Positions 18,617 to 25,305 of a stretch of 36,036 bases of DNA are shown here, one piece after another. The position numbers and the translations under genes are program-made. A model generated the notes under the pieces. It was given only the letters and a program-made list of their open reading frames with translations. It made no database searches and was not told the DNA's origin. How positions within the stretch are numbered: position 1 is the stretch's first letter; every line of letters starts with the position of its first letter. This DNA comes from a virus (taxonomy: Duplodnaviria > Caudoviricetes): IMG/VR virus record IMGVR_UViG_3300046709_000081, positions 1 through 36,036 of that record; one strand, given 5' to 3'.

Positions 18617-18994
18617 GTGGCCGACTCCAACCCCAAAGGCGGCGTTGTTCCCTCCAAGCCGCTCGCTCGCCGCATCGGCCGTGCGGTCAAGAAGGTGGAG
18701 GCTCAGTATGGGCGTCCACCCGATCAGCGATCCAGCTCCTATCTGGTGCCGTTCCTACCGATCCAGCCGGCGACCGTCACCACGGCGATACCTACGGGCT
18801 CGCTGGGCTCCCCTTCCACCTCGGGGCGCGTGACGATCTACCGCGATAGCAACAGCGGCACCGGCCTGGTCGCGGCCGAGACGGGGGCCGAGGTGCATAA
18901 CGTGCACACGCTGAGCGCGAGCATCGCGGCCGGCAAGACCGTACAGGTCTACTGGCGGGCCAACGTGTGGTGGCTAGTGAGCGCCGATTGCTGA
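18617..18994 (+). CDS. Putative tail spike/tip protein
   Basis: Operon position; ends WWLVSADC. Confidence 0.6.
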   Translation: MADSNPKGGVVPSKPLARRIGRAVKKVEAQYGRPPDQRSSSYLVPFLPIQPATVTTAIPTGSLGSPSTSGRVTIYRDSNSGTGLVAAETGAEVHNVHTLSASIAAGKTVQVYWRANVWWLVSADC

Positions 18995-18997
18995 CCC

Positions 18998-19483
18998 ATG
19001 CCAGGCGGCATCTTACTTAACCCCAGCGCGGCGGGGGCGGCGGATTGCTGTTGCGGGCCTGGTGCGGTCGGCTGCCTATCGTGCTCGCCGTGCAAGATCC
19101 CGAAAAAGGATCTGAGGCTCACCGTCACGAGCAGTCTGTATGGAGCCGGCTCATGTACGCTAGTTTATAACTCCGGTACGAATCAGTGGGCTGGCTCGTA
19201 TTCATTTATGGCTGGTACAGTAGCGCATACTTTTAATGGAGTATTGACCTGTTCTGGCGGATCAACAGGTTTTTGTTTTTGGCTGGATACCGATACCGCA
19301 AATCAATGTTGTGGTCAAGTCACAAATCAACTCACACTTACTGCCTATACATGCAATCCTTTTCACCTTGATTGGATATTCCAACCGACTCTCACTCTGG
19401 CGTGCCGGAATTATCGAGACTTCTTTTTTGGTAGCAATCATTTCTACATCGACGATCCCGGACCACTCACAGTGTGCCCATGA
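18998..19483 (+). CDS. Cys-rich putative tail-tip protein
   Basis: DCCCG...CLSCSPC N-terminus; AT-richer 3' part. Confidence 0.65.
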   Translation: MPGGILLNPSAAGAADCCCGPGAVGCLSCSPCKIPKKDLRLTVTSSLYGAGSCTLVYNSGTNQWAGSYSFMAGTVAHTFNGVLTCSGGSTGFCFWLDTDTANQCCGQVTNQLTLTAYTCNPFHLDWIFQPTLTLACRNYRDFFFGSNHFYIDDPGPLTVCP

Positions 19484-19812
19484 GTCCCAAATGCCAGACA
19501 TGCCCGATCGAGGGGGAGTGTAAGAGTTATTTGTTCTTGTGCGAGAAAATGGTGATAGCGCCAATTATTTATCGTGCCATCTTCGATCAGGTCAACGATA
19601 TTCAGCCAGCCGCGAATTCGCTCACCACTCGCCACTCGCCACGCACCACTTCCGAGCCCGATCCCTGGCTCCCCTTGATCCGCGCGTGCCCCGACCATAA
19701 CCCCGCGTGTTGTTCAAACCCGGCTCCGTGGTGCACGAGGTTCTCGATCAGCCCCACAAGAGACCAATGCATTTCATGTCTGGAAGGGCAGGGCATGCGG
19801 TCCGTGAGTTGA
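19480..19812 (+). CDS. Cys-rich small protein
   Basis: ATGA coupling; CQTC..C...C and CPDH...CC....C....CISC clusters. Confidence 0.6.
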   Translation: MSPKCQTCPIEGECKSYLFLCEKMVIAPIIYRAIFDQVNDIQPAANSLTTRHSPRTTSEPDPWLPLIRACPDHNPACCSNPAPWCTRFSISPTRDQCISCLEGQGMRSVS

Positions 19813-19817
19813 GACAG

Positions 19818-19858
19818 GCGCAGCGAAAGACCCCGCGAAAACGGGGTCGTTGTGCGCG
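19818..19858. terminator. Hairpin between convergent transcription units
   Basis: GACCCCG-CGAAAA-CGGGGTC with extendable flanks, between the late operon end and the leftward cassette array. Confidence 0.5.
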
Positions 19859-19898
19859 CGGGGCGGGGAAGCCTGCCCTCACGCAAGGGCAGGGGGGG

Positions 19899-20129
19899 TT
19901 AGCGGGATTCCAGTTTGCACGTAAGCCATTCACGGCATCTTGCTAGCGTGAAGTTGCGATGAATGACCACACCCCGCTCGTCTTTGACCTCCCACCGAAT
20001 CGAGGAGGTTTTACCCTCGCGAACAGGGGCCGGGCCGCTCGGGTCGTAGGCGTCACAAATCGCATAGTGGTGGTCAGGAGTTTCGTAAACTCCCTTTGCT
20101 AGCCTCAACAATTTGACGGGGTTGAACAT
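19899..20129 (-). CDS. Cassette ORF 4, hypothetical (76 aa)
   Basis: Start, RBS and stop supplied by the flanking repeats. Confidence 0.75.
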   Translation of the reverse strand: MFNPVKLLRLAKGVYETPDHHYAICDAYDPSGPAPVREGKTSSIRWEVKDERGVVIHRNFTLARCREWLTCKLESR

Positions 20130-20187
20130 CGTTGCGTCTCCGGTGTGGTGTACGGGAAGCCTGCCCTCGTGTGAGGGCAGGGGGGGG

Positions 20188-20394
20188 TTAGCGGCATGCC
20201 TGAACGTGCATCAACCAGGACTGGGCGGCACGCAAGCACGTCATGTAATCCTCGATCGAAGCTCCGTCTGCAATCGCATCCTGAAGCAATCGCTGGTGAA
20301 TGGACAAGGCCCGGTCGATGCCGATAATCGCATCCTCGGTCAGCACGGGTGGGGTGGCTTTCAGGTCAGCCAGTGTCAATTGACGGGTGTTCAT
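20188..20394 (-). CDS. Cassette ORF 3, hypothetical (68 aa)
   Basis: True ATG at 20394 inside the repeat, after GGAGA. Confidence 0.75.
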   Translation of the reverse strand: MNTRQLTLADLKATPPVLTEDAIIGIDRALSIHQRLLQDAIADGASIEDYMTCLRAAQSWLMHVQACR

Positions 20395-20452
20395 CGTTGC
20401 GTCTCCGGTGTGGTGTGCGGTAAGCCTGCCCTCGCGTGAGGGCAGGGGAGGG

Positions 20453-20689
20453 TCAATCGATTTCGTCTTCGTCCGTCGAAAATTCGTAGTTGGAGCGGCG
20501 GTCGGCAGCTCTCCATGCGTCCAACAGCCAATCGTAGGTCTGGGCGTCGCGCGGGTCGGGGATGATACCCACAATGCTCTGTTCGCAGGCCAGAAACCGC
20601 TGGCGATAAGCGTCATACTCGGCCTGGCTCGCGAAGGTCACGCGGCTCAGGGCGACGGCCAGTTTTTTTGCTTCTGCGATCGCGTTCAT
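20453..20689 (-). CDS. Cassette ORF 2, hypothetical (78 aa, acidic C-terminus)
   Basis: Start, RBS and stop supplied by the flanking repeats. Confidence 0.75.
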   Translation of the reverse strand: MNAIAEAKKLAVALSRVTFASQAEYDAYRQRFLACEQSIVGIIPDPRDAQTYDWLLDAWRAADRRSNYEFSTDEDEID

Positions 20690-20747
20690 CGTTGCGTCTC
20701 CGGTGGGTGTGCGGGAAAGCCTGCCCTCACGTGAGGGCAGGGGGGGG

Positions 20748-20963
20748 TTAGCGGGTCACGATGCAGTTAACAGCGGCCAGCATCTCGTTGACTCGTGGAC
20801 TCGGCAACGATGCGATGGCGGGGTCGGATGCCAGGCCAGACCGGCGTTGCGATGGGGGCAGGACCGCCCATGCGAGCATCTTCAGCCATGCCGGCGCTTC
20901 GGTCTCGGTGATGCTGGCCTCTATCTGTTCGGCCTGGGTCTTGGTCATGAGGGGGTTGAACAT
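20748..20963 (-). CDS. Cassette ORF 1, hypothetical (71 aa)
   Basis: First ORF after promoter P4; GGAGA RBS. Confidence 0.75.
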   Translation of the reverse strand: MFNPLMTKTQAEQIEASITETEAPAWLKMLAWAVLPPSQRRSGLASDPAIASLPSPRVNEMLAAVNCIVTR

Positions 20964-21006
20964 CGGTCGCGTCTCCGGTTAGGTGTCGTTGTGCGTCTCT
21001 ATCTAG

Positions 21007-21035
21007 ATTGTAGCTACGTGATAACTACAGATCAA
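21007..21035 (-). promoter_or_regulatory. Leftward promoter P4 with overlapping inverted repeat
   Basis: TTGATC-17-TACAAT; TGTAGTTA-TCACG-TAGCTACA imperfect palindrome; followed by TAGAGACG as in P1-P3. Confidence 0.7.
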
Positions 21036-21223
21036 GAGGCAACGGCAGATTTCTTGGAAGTTTTTTTCTGGCGGCTGGTCTCAGCCTCGGGGCGATCCCA
21101 GATCAGGCGGCGCAGCACGTCAGCCATTGCCATTGGTTTGCTGGGTGTGCCGAATAAGCGACCGAGTTCTTTGAGCCGCTCGCGATCGGCCTCGGTGAGT
21201 CGAAATTGAGTGGTGGCGGGCAT
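21032..21223 (-). CDS. RHH-like small DNA-binding protein
   Basis: AAAGGAG RBS; TTQFRL strand, helix, MADVLRRLI helix. Confidence 0.65.
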   Translation of the reverse strand: MPATTQFRLTEADRERLKELGRLFGTPSKPMAMADVLRRLIWDRPEAETSRQKKTSKKSAVAS

Positions 21224-21251
21224 TAGCTTTCTCCTTTCGTTGAGTAGCTAT

Positions 21252-21280
21252 ACTGTATGCTTGACGTATCTACGCATCAA
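21252..21280 (-). promoter_or_regulatory. Leftward promoter P5
   Basis: TTGATG-17-TACAGT just upstream of the RHH gene RBS. Confidence 0.6.
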
Positions 21281-21382
21281 CCCCCTGCCCTCAGATTTTC
21301 CGCGCGTGGTTTTCCGGCAACATCGCGGCCGGGGCGGCGGGGCGGCTCCCCCCTGCACCGTCCGATCGCATAAACGGTCGTT

Positions 21383-21410
21383 GAGGCTCATAATGGAGAT
21401 TATGTTCACT
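21383..21410 (+). other. dif: dif-like XerCD recombination site
   Basis: GAGGCTCATAA-TGGAGA-TTATGTTCACT: 11-6-11 layout like GGTGCGCATAA-TGTATA-TTATGTTAAAT; non-coding context. Confidence 0.75.
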
Positions 21411-21494
21411 TTGTAATATCTACAATTTTGTGTGTCGATGGTAGCGATTCTGCGGGCGCGTGGATGCACCCCCCTGCCCTGCGGCAAAACGGCT

Positions 21495-21523
21495 TTTAGT
21501 CGTTTAGTCGCCAACCGACTAAA
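21495..21523. repeat. Three TTTAGTCG units (two direct, one inverted)
   Basis: TTTAGTCG TTTAGTCG CCAAC CGACTAAA. Confidence 0.7.
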
Positions 21524-21673
21524 GGTAATCCTTGGATTGGTGTACGGTTGCTATGCACCAGGAAGGCACCTGGCTTGTGCTGTAACGAACGCAAATCCAG
21601 CAGGACCGGAATATCAGCCGTAATCGCGTGTGTGCGTCTAGCGCTCAAGTAACGCCGTTGCGTGGCCGAATAC

Positions 21674-21704
21674 AAAAGAAAACCCCGGCTCGCGGGGCCG
21701 GGGT
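21674..21704 (-). terminator. Intrinsic terminator of the leftward early operon
   Basis: ACCCCGGC/GCCGGGGT stem followed on the - strand by TTTTCTTTT. Confidence 0.7.
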
Positions 21705-21734
21705 CTCGGTGGGCATACGTAACGGAGCGATCGC

Positions 21735-21980
21735 GTGAGCAAGCCGAATGCACGAACCCAGAAAGCCACGTTTACCCTCGACGCGGGTTTGGTGACTCGC
21801 CTGAACGCGGCTGCATCCCTGCGAGGTCAGTCACGAGACGCGCTCGTGAGCATGGCTCTCGAAGATGCATGCAAGGGGCTGGTCCTTTTCGACAAGGGAA
21901 GAAAACCCGATCGCTCCGAGGGTAAGGATCGGCAAGGCATGGCAAGCGACGTTGACAATTCCGGGGTCGATGCGGCCTAG
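21735..21980 (+). CDS. RHH (CopG/ParG-like) DNA-binding protein
   Basis: GGAG RBS; KATFTLD...RL.AAA...G.SR.ALV..AL. Confidence 0.65.
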   Translation: MSKPNARTQKATFTLDAGLVTRLNAAASLRGQSRDALVSMALEDACKGLVLFDKGRKPDRSEGKDRQGMASDVDNSGVDAA

Positions 21981-22050
21981 CCGGTTGGGCCTGCGCCGGC
22001 TGGATCGGTCGTGTCGGCCGGCGCGGGCTCGGCGGGGGCAGGGCAGGGCA

Positions 22051-22392
22051 CTACGTCGGCAACACTTCCCGTAGTTCGTCCTCGGTGAGACACGTCACGC
22101 GGCACTTGCGCCACTTTCGCCATTTCGCCTCTCTGACTCGGGCGACCCTCGCGCCCAGGTCGGGCGGTATCGGCTCGCCGTGGTTGCTCCCGGCCCCGCA
22201 TAGCCCCTCCTCGGCCAGCTCGGCACGGATGGCGCGTAGCGTCGATTTACCGCAACGGAACCGGCTCGCCAGGGCATCGAAATCAATTCGCTCGTCCGCA
22301 GCCTCGATACGCTGGATGATAGGCAGCAGAGCAGCCTTCACATCGGCTCGGCGGCGGCGGCGCTCGGCCTGGTAAATGTCGTTGCCGTTCAC
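22051..22392 (-). CDS. HTH-containing protein at the end of the early operon (possible late activator)
   Basis: FDALASRFRCGKSTLRAIR HTH-like segment; GGAGA RBS. Confidence 0.55.
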   Translation of the reverse strand: MNGNDIYQAERRRRRADVKAALLPIIQRIEAADERIDFDALASRFRCGKSTLRAIRAELAEEGLCGAGSNHGEPIPPDLGARVARVREAKWRKWRKCRVTCLTEDELREVLPT

Positions 22393-22394
22393 GA

Positions 22395-22775
22395 TTATAT
22401 CTCCACGTGAAAATCCTTGTCAGTCCAGACCACACGGCCTCCAGCCAGCACCGCCTCGGCAATCCGTTCAGCATCATTGGCAGAATCGGTCCAGACTCCC
22501 ACGGCACCGAGCCGGGTCACTTCCTTGAGCCATGCGATCTGAAGCGGCGTCGGCTTCTTGCCGGGTGCTTTAACCTCGAGCTCCCAGTGGCGCGCCGTGC
22601 GGTCGAACCCCCATAAATCGGCCTGGCCAGGCGAGGCGAACCGGATGAACCGCTCACCCTCTCGCATGGCTCCGGTATTGCGTCTCCAGAGCCGAATCCC
22701 GAACCTGTGCCGCAGCCGGATTCGGATCGAGCGCAGCACCTTGGATTCACGTTCGCGGGGCACCCTCGTCGGCAT
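22395..22775 (-). CDS. VRR-NUC domain nuclease
   Basis: RRNTG...PGQADL...ELEVK.PG..PT.LQ..W motifs; AAGGAG RBS before ATG 22775. Confidence 0.85.
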   Translation of the reverse strand: MPTRVPRERESKVLRSIRIRLRHRFGIRLWRRNTGAMREGERFIRFASPGQADLWGFDRTARHWELEVKAPGKKPTPLQIAWLKEVTRLGAVGVWTDSANDAERIAEAVLAGGRVVWTDKDFHVEI

Positions 22776-22974
22776 GGCTCGATACTCCTTGCTTGAGCAT
22801 GTACCCGGTCCCCTGGCAATGCACGCAGCCGGGGCTCTGGCAGGCATCGCCGTCGATGGGGCAAAGCGTGACCTGATCGTCGGGCAAGCATCGGATCACG
22901 CTATGGCGGCAACACCCGTAAGCCTGAATGCTGGCGCGGTAGACACGTTTGCAGTCCAAACACTGGTATTTCAT
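22747..22974 (-). CDS. Small Cys-rich (Zn-finger-like) protein
   Basis: CLDC, CC, C..C.GTG motifs; ATGA coupling. Confidence 0.55.
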   Translation of the reverse strand: MKYQCLDCKRVYRASIQAYGCCRHSVIRCLPDDQVTLCPIDGDACQSPGCVHCQGTGYMLKQGVSSHADEGAPRT

Positions 22975-23225
22975 GGCCTGGGGCTCCGTTGTTCGCGCTC
23001 GAAAAGCAGATACGCGCGGCAGATCGCGGCCAGCGCTGCACCCGATTTTTCTATCGTGTCGTCATCCAGATCCGCATTGTTCGCCAGGTACAACGTGATT
23101 GCCCGCAGAATCACCGCCATATCGGCGCGATCGACGCGGCCGGGGATTTTGTGCAGCCGGGGCGGGGCCGGCTCGACCACCGGGCGCTCGGCGGCGTCGT
23201 GCATGTTGTCAGCTCGTTTGGACAC
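22971..23225 (-). CDS. Hypothetical protein
   Basis: GGAGG-N7-GTG at 23225, a duplicated copy of the start at 23581. Confidence 0.55.
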   Translation of the reverse strand: MSKRADNMHDAAERPVVEPAPPRLHKIPGRVDRADMAVILRAITLYLANNADLDDDTIEKSGAALAAICRAYLLFEREQRSPRP

Positions 23226-23237
23226 GGCGTGGCCTCC

Positions 23238-23568
23238 ACATGTAGATAAATTGAAACGATCGTTGGCAACCGAGATGTTCCTCGGTACAGTTGGCGATGT
23301 CGGATGCATCGCCGTAACTCTGGCGACAGGGGGAGCGGGTAATTGGTCCAACCGCCTCGGCTTTGCATCGGTGGTCTCCTCACTGCGGGAGTCGGCTTTG
23401 GACAGCCCAGGTAAACCCACCCAACGGGTCGCTGTGAGCACCGACAGGAACAGCTCGGGGGGCTTGCCCCTGACCCAAGGTCTCGGGATGCACGGCTACG
23501 GTCGTGGACACGGGATTCGTACCCCTCCCAGGGACAAAAGCCGCCTGCTTTAGCTGGCGGTCGTTTAC
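23238..23568 (+). mobile_element. ORF-less IS200/IS605-derived element 1 (left end missing) with internal promoter and omegaRNA-like RNA
   Basis: Right-end AAAG-CCGCCTGC-TTTA-GCTGGCGG-TCGT-TTAC; promoter TTGGCA-17-TACAGT (23263-23291); 5' block homologous to element 2. Confidence 0.7.
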
Positions 23569-23577
23569 CTCGTTTGC

Positions 23578-23754
23578 TCACGGCGTGGCCTCCTTCTCGG
23601 CTCGGTGCCACTCATCGACGCGGCGTATGGCATGCTTGCGAGCCATGTGCTCTTGCGAGAACCTGACGGCCTCGGCGTCATCCTCGAAAACATGCACCTC
23701 GATCACGTTGACCGGGATCGGCGTCTCATCCAGAAAAATCACGACGGCGGGCAT
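23578..23754 (-). CDS. Hypothetical protein (58 aa)
   Basis: AGGAG RBS; MPAVVIFLDETPIP...; stop overlaps GTG at 23581. Confidence 0.55.
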   Translation of the reverse strand: MPAVVIFLDETPIPVNVIEVHVFEDDAEAVRFSQEHMARKHAIRRVDEWHRAEKEATP

Positions 23755-23960
23755 GGCTTGGTCTCCTTGGGTTTGCGGGTGCTCTTGGCAGCGTTGCGCT
23801 GGGCGGCGATGGCTCGCTGTTCCTCGTACTCATCCAGGGTAATCGGCCGGGCGAACAGCGCGGCAATCCAGGCATCGACGGCGGGATCGGCGTCGGGCTC
23901 GGGCAGGTTGGACCAGTGGTAGTTTGAATTCTTGCCACCGGGGCCGTAGCTGCTGCTCAC
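23739..23960 (-). CDS. Hypothetical protein (73 aa)
   Basis: GGAGG RBS, GTGA coupling at 23957-23960. Confidence 0.55.
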   Translation of the reverse strand: MSSSYGPGGKNSNYHWSNLPEPDADPAVDAWIAALFARPITLDEYEEQRAIAAQRNAAKSTRKPKETKPCPPS

Positions 23961-24136
23961 CGACGCACCTCCAGCGGTTTGCGTGGCCGGAATCGGCTCG
24001 GCGACCAGTCGCACGTCTCGTTGCCGGGCTCACATGAGATGAGCCATTCGCAGCGGGAGAAGTGCACGCAATCTTTGCAGGTCTTGCCCGGTGGCAATGG
24101 CATGCCGCCGTCGTCTTTTGTGGGCTCGCTGCTCAC
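23957..24136 (-). CDS. Small Cys-rich phage protein
   Basis: LPPGKTCKDCVHF.RC......CDWSPSRF; GTG at 24136, RBS supplied by element 2. Confidence 0.6.
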   Translation of the reverse strand: MSSEPTKDDGGMPLPPGKTCKDCVHFSRCEWLISCEPGNETCDWSPSRFRPRKPLEVRR

Positions 24137-24541
24137 GAATTCCTTCTTTCTGGAAGCCACGCCACTTCAGTGGCAGTGGAGGAAAGAAAGCCCCAGTACG
24201 TTGAAAAATCGAAACATTCGTTGCTGACCACGATGTTCGCTGGTACAGTCCCCGATGTCGGAACCGGGCTATGGCAGGATGGACGCCTCGTTGAAGGGAT
24301 AGGCCCTTCGTAAAAGCCCGGCCTATGAGGATCAAAGCAAGAGGGCTCAAAGACACTCTCGCGAGAGCACCAGCTAACAGCCCCCAAGCTACGGCGCGCC
24401 GCAAGGTGCGACACAGGCTGAGCGCCCAGCACGATGCGAAAGCAGTAAGGCAGCCTGAACTGGACATCGGCTGGCATGGAAGTCAGTACCCCAAACGATG
24501 AGCCGGAAAGCCACCGCACTTCAGTGCGGGTGGAACCTTAC
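24137..24541 (+). mobile_element. Complete ORF-less IS200/IS605-derived element 2 (405 bp) with internal promoter and structured RNA
   Basis: Inserted 3' of TCAC with no target duplication; left hairpin GAAG-CCACGCCAC-TTCA-GTGGCAGTGG, right hairpin AAAG-CCACCGCAC-TTCA-GTGCGGGTGG...TTAC; promoter TTGCTG-17-TACAGT (24221-24249). Confidence 0.8.
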
Positions 24542-24654
24542 CGTTGCACCTCCAGCGGCTTGCGGGGCCTCGGCTTCGCCTGGCGGCGGGCGCGCTCCAG
24601 CGCGGCGGCGGCGACCTGGGCGATGGGCCGGGGCGGGCTTGGGTGGGTCGTCAT
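24538..24654 (-). CDS. Short basic peptide (38 aa)
   Basis: ATGA coupling to the HNH gene, AGGAG RBS; ends RPRKPLEVQR, like the downstream ORF end RPRKPLEVRR. Confidence 0.45.
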   Translation of the reverse strand: MTTHPSPPRPIAQVAAAALERARRQAKPRPRKPLEVQR

Positions 24655-25283
24655 GCTTCGGTCTCCTCTGGCCACGCTAAATTCCTGAGCGCATCAATTT
24701 GGGCTTGCCAGTTTTTTGTATCAAGTGGCATGCTTGCAAATATGTCATCGATTTTTTTGATTTCAGCCTCTGTGAGTCCCTCGTTCTCGTCTTCCGGTTC
24801 AATCCCCTCGATTCGCTGGTGGCACTGGTGGCAGAGCGAAATGAGATCGCACGCCAGCTCCTTGCCAAGCCGTTCATACGTCAGGTGATGGACCTCGGTT
24901 GCCTTGGCCTCAAGGCACCCCTGACAGAGATAGTTGTCCCGCCTCATCGCCTTGCGGCTGATCCTGAACCAGCCTGGGCTGTCCAGCACTTGCCGGTAAA
25001 ACTTCCGTCGTTCTTCCCGCTCTTGCTCCCTGGCTCGCTGGGCGGCTTCCTGGCGCTCCTGAAACTCGGCTTGCCTCGTCTGGGCATACCGATCCCGCAA
25101 GGTCTCATCGAACGGGATGGCTTCTCTGATCTGCTGCACGCTCAGGGTGTCTTGCTTGATCATGGACGACGAGGCACCGCAGACGAGGCACTGTTCCTGA
25201 TAGGAGCGGCGGGTGACGTTGCCACTCTTGAACTCCCGTCTGGTCAGAACCATCTCCGTACACTGACAACGATCCGTCTCCAC
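24651..25283 (-). CDS. HNH endonuclease
   Basis: W...S.....RDNYLCQGC...ATEVHHLTYERLG.E...DL.SLCHQCH; CAGGAG RBS before GTG 25283. Confidence 0.85.
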   Translation of the reverse strand: METDRCQCTEMVLTRREFKSGNVTRRSYQEQCLVCGASSSMIKQDTLSVQQIREAIPFDETLRDRYAQTRQAEFQERQEAAQRAREQEREERRKFYRQVLDSPGWFRISRKAMRRDNYLCQGCLEAKATEVHHLTYERLGKELACDLISLCHQCHQRIEGIEPEDENEGLTEAEIKKIDDIFASMPLDTKNWQAQIDALRNLAWPEETEA

Positions 25284-25305
25284 GTTGGTTACTCCTGATG
25301 CTGCT

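Larger units (their letters stand above)
19864..20979 (-). repeat. Interspersed ~64-bp direct repeats at 19864-19901 (partial), 20127-20190, 20392-20455, 20687-20750 and 20961-20979 (partial)
   Basis: + strand consensus CATCGTTGCGTCTCCGGTGTGGTGTGCGGGAAGCCTGCCCTC-N4-GAGGGCAGGGGGGGGTTA. Confidence 0.95.

Noticed and set aside
18998-19812. Diversity-generating retroelement target in the variable tail genes
   Set aside because: No reverse transcriptase and no template/variable repeat pair seen
19864-20750. Cassette repeats as IS200/IS605 right ends (AAGC-hairpin-TTAG/TCAA look-alike)
   Set aside because: The tetranucleotides 5' of the hairpins (GAAG, TAAG, AAAG) do not predict the observed TTAG/TCAA ends under the IS608 pairing rule, unlike elements 1 and 2; the resemblance may be coincidental
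19864-20979. CRISPR array or integron attC array
   Set aside because: The intervening segments are 200-240-bp ORFs, the repeats include RBS and start codon, there is no RYYYAAC...GTTRRRY pair, and no cas or intI gene is present
23111-24519. ORFs spanning elements 1 and 2 as TnpB or transposase remnants
   Set aside because: No RuvC, Zn-finger or HUH motifs in the translated frames provided
24137-24541. Group I intron (IStron)
   Set aside because: Conserved P7 core sequences were not recognised on either strand, and the structured strand is antisense to the host operon
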